Part shown: piece after piece, positions 39,751 to 50,372 of the stretch | How positions within the stretch are numbered: position 1 is the first letter of the stretch | How the letters are laid out: every line of letters begins with the position of its first letter | Source: Alkalispirochaeta sp. | GTDB taxonomy: Bacteria > Spirochaetota > Spirochaetia > DSM-27196 > Alkalispirochaetaceae | NCBI GenBank assembly: GCA_965601925.1 | Contig: OZ271854.1 | Span: 1,152,001 to 1,216,000, forward strand | Length of the DNA stretch: 64,000 bases | Direction: 5' to 3' | Translations under genes and position numbers: made by a program | Notes under the pieces: generated by a model | What the model was told of the DNA's origin: nothing | What the model saw: only the letters and a program-made list of their open reading frames with translations | The model's database searches: none

Positions 39751-40614
39751 TTAGTATTGCACCGACCGTCGAAACAGCCGCTGTACGATGCTGACGGACA
39801 GGAGAAAGACGATAACCATCACGCTGATCGCCGCAGCCCTGCCGTAATCGAAGGGAAAGACGTCCTGTACCAGATAGATCATGATCGATTTGGTCGCGCC
39901 CCCCGGCCCCCCTTCGGTGGTGGAGATGATCTCTCCGAAGACGCGAAAGGAGTTGATGATATCCAAGGTGATAATGAGAAGGATCGTCGGGTTGATGAGG
40001 GGCACCGTGATCGCAAAGAATTGTCGAACCGCCCCGGCGCCGTCGATTACCGACGCCTCGAAGATCTCCTGGGAGATGCTGCGCATGCTCCCCAAGAGGA
40101 TGATCACATTGAACCCGATGCGCAGCCAAATCCCGACGATCACCACCGAGAAGAGCGCCGTATCGATCCCGCGAAACCATTGGATGTTGCTCCCCGTGAC
40201 GCTGTTTACCACCCCCAAAAAGGGGTCGAGGATCCAGTTCCAGATCATTCCCGCGGTGACTCGCGCCGAAATGAAGGGCAGGATCAGCAGCACGATGACG
40301 AAGCCGGCAACGCGCGCCGGCAACTTGGAGATCAACACCGCGAGAAGCAGCGAGATGACGAGCACCGACGGCACGTACATGGCGACGTAGCGAACGGTGA
40401 CCAACACGCTTGAGTGAAAGTCGGTGTTGGCGAGGACGGTTCGGTATTTATCGAGTCCGACAAACGTGAAGCGCCCGGCCAACAAGTTGATATCGTGAAA
40501 GGAGCTGTAGGCCGAGCTCACCAACGGGTAGAAGAATACCGCGAGGTAATACGCGAAGGCGGGCAGGATGAAGAGGTATCCCCAGTAGGCGTATTTCCGT
40601 TTTATCGTCGTCAT
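39751..40614 (-). CDS. Carbohydrate ABC permease (MalF-like)
   Basis: FILPA, FVGLDKY, EASVIDGA, GGPG..T. Confidence 0.92.
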   Translation of the reverse strand: MTTIKRKYAYWGYLFILPAFAYYLAVFFYPLVSSAYSSFHDINLLAGRFTFVGLDKYRTVLANTDFHSSVLVTVRYVAMYVPSVLVISLLLAVLISKLPARVAGFVIVLLILPFISARVTAGMIWNWILDPFLGVVNSVTGSNIQWFRGIDTALFSVVIVGIWLRIGFNVIILLGSMRSISQEIFEASVIDGAGAVRQFFAITVPLINPTILLIITLDIINSFRVFGEIISTTEGGPGGATKSIMIYLVQDVFPFDYGRAAAISVMVIVFLLSVSIVQRLFRRSVQY

Positions 40615-40654
40615 TGCGTCACCCGCCATCCGCCGGTCGCGTACTCAGATCCCT

Positions 40655-41953
40655 CTACGGCAGGTCGGCCAGAAACTGATCGATGCGCCGTTGTGCGTTC
40701 GCTACCGCTTCCTCAGGGGTCTGCTCGCCCAAGACCATGCGAACGAGCTCCTCCGCGGCGATACCTCGCGCCTGCTGCCCCCCCGGTCCGCCGTACTCAG
40801 GCATCGGAGAGGACTGTTGATACACCTGCATAATGTGACCGTACGGCAAAGTACGGAACCACTCGCTGTCTTGAGTCGCCGTCAGAGCGGGCGGACTGTT
40901 GCGCGCCTGGTGGATCTGAATGTCGTACCTCGGATCGGCCAGGGCGACGAACATCGCCATGATCTCATCAACGTACTCCGACTGGCTGTTGACCATGTAA
41001 TTCCAACTGTCGCGGACGACGACATTGGCAAAGTGCCCGGCGGGTCCCGACGGAATCGGCGCAATACCGAAGTTCAGATTGGGCGTATCGGTCTCGAAGA
41101 TCTCGATAAATGAGACCTCGCGGAAGATCATCGATACCAATCCCTGGCGAAAGGCCGTCTCGGGCACGTCGAAGGAAGTGTTGATGACCCGGTGCTCGCG
41201 CGCCAAGTCGTGGATGAATCGGAACGCCTCGAGAGACTCGGGCGAGTTGACGTACCCGTCGGAGGTCGAGTAGTCCGGCGCGAGGATACGCGCTCCGAAC
41301 TGGTCGTAGATCGGCGCGTTCTTTCCCCACGTCGCGGGCATCGATCCGTGGTGACGCATGCCGTATCCCGCGCGGATGATCTCACCGTCGGGACCGTACT
41401 GCGTCAGCGCACGCGCCGCCTCGACAAACTCCTCCAAGGTGGACGGCGGATCGTCGGGATCCAAGCCCGCCTCGATAAAGTGGTCGACGTTGTAAAAGAG
41501 GATCTGCGCCATGGCGCCCTGCCACGGGATGCCGAATCGCTTTCCCTCGATGACCGCCTGCTCTGCGACCCCGGAGCTGAGACGCTCGTCCCAGACGCGC
41601 TGCGCCTCCTCGCTGAAGGGTACGGCGATCGGGTTGAGGCCGTAGTCGAGGGCGTAGTCCCACGCCCGGGCAAAAAAGATATCCGGCCCCTGACCGCTGG
41701 TAAAGGCGCTGATATAGCGCTGATCGACGCGGGAGTACTCGACGATCTCGCCCCGGACGGTAATATGGTCCATCCCTATTTCGGCAAAGGCTTCGGTCGC
41801 GCTGTCGGCAAAGGCCTCGACGTACGCCGGCGCCTCCCCCATATGAGACCAAAAAAGCAGCTCGACGTCCCCCGACTCCTCCGTCTCGCCGGCACCGTAT
41901 ACCGCGGACAGGCACATTATGGACAATAGAAACCGCGCAAGCGTTTTTTTCAT
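40655..41953 (-). CDS. Carbohydrate ABC substrate-binding protein
   Basis: Signal MKKTLARF...YGAG, GPDIF, LFYN.D.F.EAGLDP..P.T.EE. Confidence 0.9.
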   Translation of the reverse strand: MKKTLARFLLSIMCLSAVYGAGETEESGDVELLFWSHMGEAPAYVEAFADSATEAFAEIGMDHITVRGEIVEYSRVDQRYISAFTSGQGPDIFFARAWDYALDYGLNPIAVPFSEEAQRVWDERLSSGVAEQAVIEGKRFGIPWQGAMAQILFYNVDHFIEAGLDPDDPPSTLEEFVEAARALTQYGPDGEIIRAGYGMRHHGSMPATWGKNAPIYDQFGARILAPDYSTSDGYVNSPESLEAFRFIHDLAREHRVINTSFDVPETAFRQGLVSMIFREVSFIEIFETDTPNLNFGIAPIPSGPAGHFANVVVRDSWNYMVNSQSEYVDEIMAMFVALADPRYDIQIHQARNSPPALTATQDSEWFRTLPYGHIMQVYQQSSPMPEYGGPGGQQARGIAAEELVRMVLGEQTPEEAVANAQRRIDQFLADLP

Positions 41954-42065
41954 ACCCAACCTCCTCTGCGGCGTCCGCCGCAGCTCTACCATGTTCTCCG
42001 ACGGCCGTACCGGCCGTCGCCCGTTACCGTACGTCACGTTCCGCTTGAACCCTCATGCGGGACCG

Positions 42066-43109
42066 TCAGGCGTCCGCACCGGAGCCGTCACAGTCGACGA
42101 GGATATGTATGGCGTCGCCCAACTCGTCGTTGCGTAGGGCAAAGGCCTCCGCGATCGACTCCAGGGGGAGGACGTGGTCGACGATCTCGAAGGTGTTGAC
42201 CAGTCCGTCTCGGACCAACTCCAAGCTCTCGGTGAAAAAATCGCGCATATCGATATCGCGCCGCGGCTCGGTCGAGACGATGGAGAGACGCTTTTTGTGC
42301 ACCTTGAAGAAGTCGACCGGACGATTGCAAATGCCGATGCAGCCGTACATGACAATGCTGCCCATAAACGAGGCGCACTCGATGGCGTCAACCATACCGT
42401 CGCCGTCCAACAGCGCCGGTATCACCACGTCGAATCCGTCGGGAAAGTCGGCACCGAGAACGTCCATTGTAGCGGTGTCCTTTGCCGGCACCCGATAGGC
42501 GTGGGTCGCGCCGTAATCCTTCGCGAGGGCGAGGTTACGCTCTTTAAGGTCGGTAACCACGAGGTGCTTGGGATTGAAGAGCGCCACTGCTTGAGTGAGC
42601 ATGAGCCCGCTCACCCCCTGGCCCATGATGAGGACCGACGTTCTCTCGTCGATCGCGCTCAACCGTGCCGCGTGCAGCACCCCGGGCAGCACCTCCATGA
42701 GACTTACCTGCTTCATGGAGAAGTCGTCGGGAACGACCTTGACGTTGAACGGTTCGCACACGATGTACTCCGCAAAGGCGCCCCAGACATACCGACACGC
42801 CACTTTGTCTCCGACCTTGAGCCCGCCGACCTTGGCACCGACTTGGTCGATGACGCCGGCGACCTCGTGGCCCAATCGCGCGGGAAAAGACATGAACTCC
42901 GGCTTCCGGTGCCCCCGAAACGCTTCGAGGTCGGAGCCGCAGATTCCCACATAGGTGATCTTTACCCGTATCTCCCGTTCCCCGGCGGTAGGGATCTCGG
43001 CCCGGCGGAGCGATATCACTCCAGGCTTCTCCAACACCGCAACGCGTTGAGTGTCTGTCCCGTCGCGGGTCGTGAGCTTCAAGTCGGCCTGTACCATCTT
43101 TCGTGCCAC
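42066..43109 (-). CDS. Zn-dependent MDR dehydrogenase (sugar/polyol type)
   Basis: GICGSD, LGHE, GQGVSG; structural-Zn Cys4 lobe absent. Confidence 0.88.
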   Translation of the reverse strand: MARKMVQADLKLTTRDGTDTQRVAVLEKPGVISLRRAEIPTAGEREIRVKITYVGICGSDLEAFRGHRKPEFMSFPARLGHEVAGVIDQVGAKVGGLKVGDKVACRYVWGAFAEYIVCEPFNVKVVPDDFSMKQVSLMEVLPGVLHAARLSAIDERTSVLIMGQGVSGLMLTQAVALFNPKHLVVTDLKERNLALAKDYGATHAYRVPAKDTATMDVLGADFPDGFDVVIPALLDGDGMVDAIECASFMGSIVMYGCIGICNRPVDFFKVHKKRLSIVSTEPRRDIDMRDFFTESLELVRDGLVNTFEIVDHVLPLESIAEAFALRNDELGDAIHILVDCDGSGADA

Positions 43110-43166
43110 GTTACGTCCTTCTTCCCCAGCGGATATCCCATTCTCACCCCGAATTCGGACGCCGTA

Positions 43167-43203
43167 TTTAGCTGAAACGGTGCGACTTTTGTCTGAAATG
43201 GAA
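43167..43203 (-). promoter_or_regulatory. Candidate AraC-type site, copy 1
   Basis: TTTAGCTGAAACGG-N6-TTTTGTCTGAAATGGAA; 27/37 identical to 44721-44757. Confidence 0.6.
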
Positions 43204-43399
43204 CAGCGAGTTCCCGAGGCTTCTCCGCGACGCTACTCAGTTCTCGGCCGCGCTCTATAGGAACTCGTCGTGGATCCGCCGACGACTGAGAAAAAGGGAG
43301 GCACGCGATGAAGTTCGTCTGCTTTGAGTACAAGCATTTCGAGCTCTACATAGAGCTGGCCCAGGAGGAGCGGACGACGCTGGAGGAGACGTCGGTCGC

Positions 43400-44668
43400 C
43401 TACTCTGCCGGCCCGACCGATCCGTACAGGTCGGCGTACGTCTCGCGAATCGTCGCGGCCAGGGGTTCGTGAAAGGTACCGTAGATATCCTTGAGGCCGG
43501 TGTGTTGCCGCCGCCCGGGCCGACGTTCGTCGGGACTGTCCAGATACCCGCACCAGAACCAACCGAGCACGTGCGGGGCCGACAGCGCCTGACGAGCGTA
43601 GCGCGCGAACTCGGTGGCCCGCTCCTCCTGGGACGCGACGCGGACCCCGCACGGGACGGGGAGTTCGTCGGTCGCCACGGCAAAGCACGAGTCGGCGAGG
43701 ATAATCGGTTTGCCGCTTACCTCGTAGATCCGTTCCAACACCTCGGCCTGATCCTTAAAATAGCCGTAGCACTGCACTGCTATCGCATCGACATGTTTGG
43801 ACGCTGCGTCCAGGACGACCCACGGTATCTCGCGATTGCCGTCGAAGATCGCCCCGAACACCAGGTGTCCGGGATCGTACGTTCGGATCGCGCCGCAGGT
43901 AGCGGCGAAGAATCGATCGGCCATCAACGCCAAAAATGCGTCATGGTCGCGCCGAGCACTCTCGAAATCGGCCGGCACGTTGTAAGAAAACTCGGTATCG
44001 GTGCGAATACTGTCAAATGACGAGAACGCCGTTCGATATACGCCGTTGAAGGCCGAAATGTCACCACCGTACAGCCTCTGCATGAGGGACACATACGCCC
44101 GTTTGCCGTGAGCATCCGAACCCATTCGCACCAATCGATCGATCCAGCTACCACCGCGCCGCTTGCTGGGTTTGCCGTAGACGGGCCAGTCGACGCAATC
44201 ACATACGTAGTTGCCCAAAAGCATCGGATCGTCCGCCGATGAGCTGTACTCGCGCGCCGCGACCTCATCGCAGAGCGCCTCGTACTTCGGTGAGAAGACG
44301 TCGGGAAACACCGGGTCCAACGCCCACGTCATGGGAGCGGGAAAGGACCTGCTTTTGTTGACATAGGGCAGGCGAAAGACGACATCGGCGGCGTCGCCGC
44401 GATAGCCGTATGAGGTCATATTGAGATGGCGGATGTCGCGCTCGACATAGTCGTAAAACGCTTGGTCCGTCCGTATCACGTCGTCCCAGTGGTCTTTGTT
44501 ATACGGCAGACGGGTTTTGCCTCGATCGATATGGTTGAAACCGACGGCGATAAACGAGCCGCCGTCGGGAGTGACAAAGTGATACCGTCCGTCGATACGC
44601 TGTATCGAGAAGACGCCGCGCGCCTCACCGCGCCGGTCCGGAGAGCCCCCGAATCTATCTCGTTCCAT
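43400..44668 (-). CDS. Agarase (GH50)-like TIM-barrel glycoside hydrolase, atypical
   Basis: F.I..IDGR.HFVTPDG, FPDVF.P, DDPMLLG, IR.YDPGHL.FG, GKPII, GWFW; AAGGAG RBS. Confidence 0.65.
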   Translation of the reverse strand: MERDRFGGSPDRRGEARGVFSIQRIDGRYHFVTPDGGSFIAVGFNHIDRGKTRLPYNKDHWDDVIRTDQAFYDYVERDIRHLNMTSYGYRGDAADVVFRLPYVNKSRSFPAPMTWALDPVFPDVFSPKYEALCDEVAAREYSSSADDPMLLGNYVCDCVDWPVYGKPSKRRGGSWIDRLVRMGSDAHGKRAYVSLMQRLYGGDISAFNGVYRTAFSSFDSIRTDTEFSYNVPADFESARRDHDAFLALMADRFFAATCGAIRTYDPGHLVFGAIFDGNREIPWVVLDAASKHVDAIAVQCYGYFKDQAEVLERIYEVSGKPIILADSCFAVATDELPVPCGVRVASQEERATEFARYARQALSAPHVLGWFWCGYLDSPDERRPGRRQHTGLKDIYGTFHEPLAATIRETYADLYGSVGPAE

Positions 44669-44720
44669 CGTCGACTCCTTTCTCCCATGGTACGGATTAC
44701 ACCATGTAAGGACGCGCGTC

Positions 44721-44757
44721 TTTAGCGGAAACGGCATCTTTTTTGTCCCAAACGGAA
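44721..44757 (-). promoter_or_regulatory. Candidate AraC-type site, copy 2
   Basis: TTTAGCGGAAACGG-N6-TTTTGTCCCAAACGGAA; AAACGG repeated at 21-bp spacing. Confidence 0.6.
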
Positions 44758-44830
44758 TCCTTCTCATATTCGCCCGCAGATATGCGTACCTTTGTGCCGA
44801 GGATATTCCCGTCCGGAAGGAGTATGACGG

Positions 44831-45349
44831 ATGACGAACGGTACAATCGAACAACCGATCGGCTCGGCTGCCGAAGAGTTGCCCTTGGCGCAGGAGTATC
44901 ATACGGAATTTCGGAGGCGGGTAATGGAAGCATCCTCTTCCGCCATAGTCAGTGAAGACCGGTGGACGCCGCTCCAACACGGTCATCACATAGCGATAAG
45001 CCATATCGCCGTAGCACGGACCATTGTGCGCTTGGCTCACAGGGGGACGCGTCGCGGCAGGGCCCCGGACGCCGAACGCGTGTCGTTACTGGAGCGCTTC
45101 TTCTTTCCGTACACGCCCTTTACGCCCGCGGGCATGGAGCCCGCGGACGATCCCGCGCGAGACGAGGTTGAAACACTGCTGGAGGAGACGGCGCAACGCC
45201 TTGACGATCTCGCTCAGCTACTTCCGGAGATCGATGGCGCCACGGCGACGCTGCCTCACCCCTACTACGGCGCCCTTACTCCGGTGTTGTGGCTCCGCTT
45301 CGTCGCGGTCCATACGGTCCACCATTTGGAGCTCCTCAGCCGCGGGTAG
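44831..45349 (+). CDS. DinB-family protein
   Basis: WT..QH..H...HPYYG.L...W.RF..VH..HH; AAGGAG RBS. Confidence 0.75.
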   Translation: MTNGTIEQPIGSAAEELPLAQEYHTEFRRRVMEASSSAIVSEDRWTPLQHGHHIAISHIAVARTIVRLAHRGTRRGRAPDAERVSLLERFFFPYTPFTPAGMEPADDPARDEVETLLEETAQRLDDLAQLLPEIDGATATLPHPYYGALTPVLWLRFVAVHTVHHLELLSRG

Positions 45350-45375
45350 CGACCCCGTATCGTCGCGCAGCCACT

Positions 45376-45894
45376 TCACAATGGTCGGGGAGAGTCGGAC
45401 AACAGCAACTCCCAGTACCCCACGTCGATCCATCGATCGTGTTTGAAGCCGACCTCACGGAAGTGGGCGACCTTTTGGAAACCGAGCCGCTCGTGAAGGG
45501 CGACGCTTGCCGCATTCGGGAGGGCGATGCCGGCGATGAGAGCGTGAGAACCGGCGTCACGAGCCGCGTCGACAAGGGTGGTGTAGAGGCGCCTGCCGAT
45601 GCCGCGACCGGTCAATGAGGAGTCGAGATAGATGGTACTCTCGACACTCGACACGTAGGCGCAGCGGGAGTTCCACCGATTGAGATAGGCGTAACCGGCA
45701 ACTCCCCCGTCGCCCTCGCACACGAGAAACGGATAGCCGCGTCCCGTGATATCGAGGATACGCGCCCCCATATCGGAGGCCGATATCGGCGACGTCTCGA
45801 AGGTGATGACGGTGTGCTCTATGTAATAGTTGTATATCGCCGCGACGGCGACCTCGTCGCCGGACCGTATCGCGCGCGTTCGATAGTCATCCAC
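45376..45894 (-). CDS. GNAT N-acetyltransferase (PAT/YncA/ArsN-like)
   Basis: IYNYYI..TVITFE, GRGIG, LPN.AS..LHERLGF, EVG.K.DRW.DVGYW. Confidence 0.9.
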   Translation of the reverse strand: MDDYRTRAIRSGDEVAVAAIYNYYIEHTVITFETSPISASDMGARILDITGRGYPFLVCEGDGGVAGYAYLNRWNSRCAYVSSVESTIYLDSSLTGRGIGRRLYTTLVDAARDAGSHALIAGIALPNAASVALHERLGFQKVAHFREVGFKHDRWIDVGYWELLLSDSPRPL

Positions 45895-45929
45895 GCCGTC
45901 CTCCTCTTCGATACAGCGTCTCGCTCCTA

Positions 45930-47389
<1,460 letters not shown>

Positions 47390-47439
47390 GGTTGTATAGT
47401 GCCGCCGCCGCGAGTCGCTCGGCTTGTAAAAATCGGAAC

Positions 47440-48261
47440 TTATCGTTCGTAGAAGAGGCGGCCGAACGCGTTGTGCTCCCGTGCAAAGCGCGTCGGCGAG
47501 AATCCGGTAAAGCGCGTGAAATCTCGCGCGAAGTGCGATTGATCGTAGTACAAACGGTGAAGCTCACGGCGGACAAACTCATCGTGCCGGCCGTGCATGA
47601 GCATGGTATAGCAATGTTCAAAGCGCACGATAGATGCGAATCGTTTTGGACTCATACCGAGTTTGTCTCGAAATGTGACATTGAGCCAGCGCGCACTGTA
47701 TCCCGTCTCGCTTTCGAGTTCGCGCGCGGTAACGGCGCCGTTGGTCGTCCCGATCCTACCGATACAGTAGTCGAAAGCGGGATGGACGACGGCGTTGGAA
47801 AGACGGCGCACCAAGAAGCGTTGAAGGAGCGTGACCTTCTGCGCAACGCCTGCGGCGGCGGCAATGCGCTCTTCGATATCGCGCGCATGCGGCCCGATGA
47901 CGTCGCGCAACAGATGAATCCGATTGAGCATACTCCATTGGGCAAAGGGGAAGAAACGATACGCACTCATAGGATTGAGTTCTATGCCGATCGAGCCGGA
48001 GGGGCGGTCGTCCTCCACATCGATGATCGCCGCCTCATCGCACGCACCCACGAGCGTAATCCGGTGCTCCTTTGAGAGGTGGTGCCGGCCGCTCAACGCA
48101 CCGGAGAGACCGTTACGAAACGGTACGATAAGCTTTGCCGACCCGTTAGGAACAAAGAGACGCATATCGAAATCCGGCAACGAACCGGCGCTCTCGAATA
48201 CCCACACTCTCGTAACGTAGTTCGCCAACTCCGGAATAGGCGCAAGGAAGCGTAACCGCAT
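47440..48261 (-). CDS. AraC-family regulator (DUF6597-type N-terminus)
   Basis: VPNG, G.SPK.F..IVRF, YYDQSHF.RDF.RFTG.SP. Confidence 0.9.
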   Translation of the reverse strand: MRLRFLAPIPELANYVTRVWVFESAGSLPDFDMRLFVPNGSAKLIVPFRNGLSGALSGRHHLSKEHRITLVGACDEAAIIDVEDDRPSGSIGIELNPMSAYRFFPFAQWSMLNRIHLLRDVIGPHARDIEERIAAAAGVAQKVTLLQRFLVRRLSNAVVHPAFDYCIGRIGTTNGAVTARELESETGYSARWLNVTFRDKLGMSPKRFASIVRFEHCYTMLMHGRHDEFVRRELHRLYYDQSHFARDFTRFTGFSPTRFAREHNAFGRLFYER

Positions 48262-48307
48262 GCACCTTCAAGATACTACCGATCGCAACGGTACGTTCCG
48301 ACGCACC

Positions 48308-48351
48308 TTGACGAGCGGTATTCAACATATTATGTTACCAAAAAGTCACGT
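48308..48351 (+). promoter_or_regulatory. Promoter and ArsR-like operator of the DUF1761 operon
   Basis: TTGACG-N17-TATGTT; imperfect dyad ATGTTAC-N6-GTCACGT overlapping the -10. Confidence 0.55.
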
Positions 48352-48367
48352 GATACGGAGGTAACAT

Positions 48368-48781
48368 ATGCTATTCGCCGTCAATTGGGCCTACCTGCTG
48401 GTCGCGGTCGTCGCCAGTACGGTGGTCGGCATGGTATGGTACTCACCGCTGCTATTCGCCAAGCCGTGGATGGCGGCGATGGGGCTCAGGAAAGGCGACA
48501 TCGGCGATTCCGGCGTCTCGCCCACACCGGGCTACATCGCGTCGGCGGTCTTTGCCGCGGGGCAGGCGTATCTGATCTGGGTGCTGCTCAACAACGTACC
48601 GATAGACGGCGCACTCGAAGCTCTGGGAGTCGGTGCGGGGATATGGATCGTCACCAGCGGCCTCGCCAACCTGAGGATTAAATACTTCGAGGACCGGCCG
48701 TGGAGCCTCTACCTCATCGACGAGGGCAATACGCTCGTCGTGTATCTTACCATGGCGCTCTTGGCCGCGTTATGGGCGTAG
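48368..48781 (+). CDS. DUF1761-family membrane protein
   Basis: NW...VA......G.WYSP.LF.K.W; four TM segments; FE.RP..L..I. Confidence 0.82.
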   Translation: MLFAVNWAYLLVAVVASTVVGMVWYSPLLFAKPWMAAMGLRKGDIGDSGVSPTPGYIASAVFAAGQAYLIWVLLNNVPIDGALEALGVGAGIWIVTSGLANLRIKYFEDRPWSLYLIDEGNTLVVYLTMALLAALWA

Positions 48782-49056
48782 CGGAGCGTGACGACCTGCA
48801 GTTCAAGGCGTTGGCCGACCACAATCGGCGCGCAATAGTCGAGATCGTGTATCGACGTCCGGGAATTACGCTTCAGGAACTGTGTGCCGAGTTCCCGATA
48901 TCGCGCTTCGCGGTCATGAAGCATATTAACATTTTGGAAGATGCAGGGTTCATCGAGAGCGAGAAGCGCTCGATCTATCGCGTCTTCTCGTTCGTACCCG
49001 GCTCTACGACATCGTTCGCACGGTCGTGGTTTTCACAATTCACCGAGGGGGAGTAA
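48772..49056 (+). CDS. ArsR-family regulator
   Basis: FKALAD.NRR.I...EL...F.ISRFAVMKH..ILE.AG. Confidence 0.85.
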   Translation: MGVAERDDLQFKALADHNRRAIVEIVYRRPGITLQELCAEFPISRFAVMKHINILEDAGFIESEKRSIYRVFSFVPGSTTSFARSWFSQFTEGE

Positions 49057-49622
49057 TGGCGCTGTCGGCAAAGGAGATGGGAGAGGCAATCGTACGGAAC
49101 CTACCGGAGAAGACGGGAAAGAATCTCGACGAATGGATCGCCTCGATTCCGAGCGATATGGGAACGGACAAAAAACGCGTGATCGGTTGGCTCAAGGAGA
49201 GCGCGGGACTCGGCCATTATCAGGCGGTCACCATTTGGGAGCGGTTCGTCAATCGCGACGAGTACGCAGACGAACAGGCGATAGAGCGGCGTTTATTCGG
49301 TAGCGAAGATACCGTTCTGCATAACAGCTACAGGAAGTTGAGGGAGCATATCCTCGCTCTCGGAGGGGACGTCACGAGCATCGCGTGCAGAACCTACATT
49401 CCCTTCAAGCGACGACGCCAATTTGCCGTACTGGCACCTCACAAATCGAACCTCCGCGTCGGTCTCGCGCTGGCGGGTGCGGATCCGCCGATGGGGCTTC
49501 TCCCGGCAAAGGGGTTGGGCGGAAGCGAACGTATCACGCACCATGTCGATGTTCCCGTCGACGACGCGCTCCCGGAACACCTTCTCGCCGCGCTGCGGCT
49601 TGCCTATAGTCGAAACGGATGA
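49056..49622 (+). CDS. DUF4287/DUF5655-type protein
   Basis: NLPEKTGK.LDEW...WLK...GLGH; TYIPFKR.RQFA...RITH. Confidence 0.78.
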   Translation: MALSAKEMGEAIVRNLPEKTGKNLDEWIASIPSDMGTDKKRVIGWLKESAGLGHYQAVTIWERFVNRDEYADEQAIERRLFGSEDTVLHNSYRKLREHILALGGDVTSIACRTYIPFKRRRQFAVLAPHKSNLRVGLALAGADPPMGLLPAKGLGGSERITHHVDVPVDDALPEHLLAALRLAYSRNG

Positions 49623-49691
49623 CACGTATGCACCGGGTCGGATACGAATCGATAACGGGAGAAGCGGAGATACGAGACCTCTGAGCGCGCG

Positions 49692-50372
49692 CTACGTATC
49701 GACGTCCATCGAATCTTCATCGACGACGCCGTATAACGCGTAGGGTCGATGCAGTGTCGCGGCCCAATACTTATCTCCATAGGACCAGTGCCACCACTCC
49801 GACGGGTAGTTCACGAACGCGGCGGAGGTCATCGCGGAGTACAAAATCCGTCGCAGCTCGATAGCCTCATCGCTAATGTTGGTCGCGTCGGAGAACGTCG
49901 CATTGTCCGTCTCGATGGGAATCGCGTTGTACTCGGTTCCCAGGTCAAGCTCCTCTCCGCTCTTTACGTCGCGTAAGGTCAGATCTACCGCGGCGCCGGT
50001 CGGATGCGGCGCAACATCGATGGGGGCGCACAGTTTGTCCGTCTCCTCGACGATCTGTGCTTCGGAGAGTTCCGGATAGGTCGTTCGTATGTGATGCGTT
50101 ACGCTCTCATAGGATATCATCTGCCGTCTTCTCGGACGGTATCCCTCTTTGATCAGGAATCCAAGGTGGGGCGGTAGTTGATCGGCGGCGACTCGAAGTT
50201 TCGACGCTACCGTTGAGCGCACCTTGGAAAAGTGCGTACTACGGTTCGATATCTGCCTTCGCGTGCGATCAATCACAAACCCCAACTCGGAGAGATCTAC
50301 CATGGGGTCGCGGCACTCTCTCACCGCTACACGACGTACCATCGAGTCCCCGATGCTCAAGAAATCCTTCAT
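49692..50372 (-). CDS. M15 D-Ala-D-Ala dipeptidase (VanX/DdpX-like)
   Basis: EGYRP, PHPTGAAVD, NYPSEWWHWSYGD. Confidence 0.88.
   Translation of the reverse strand: MKDFLSIGDSMVRRVAVRECRDPMVDLSELGFVIDRTRRQISNRSTHFSKVRSTVASKLRVAADQLPPHLGFLIKEGYRPRRRQMISYESVTHHIRTTYPELSEAQIVEETDKLCAPIDVAPHPTGAAVDLTLRDVKSGEELDLGTEYNAIPIETDNATFSDATNISDEAIELRRILYSAMTSAAFVNYPSEWWHWSYGDKYWAATLHRPYALYGVVDEDSMDVDT

Noticed and set aside
45376..45894. Calling the GNAT arsN as part of an ars cluster
   Set aside because: It lies 33 kb from arsM, and PAT-like subfamilies cannot be separated by eye.
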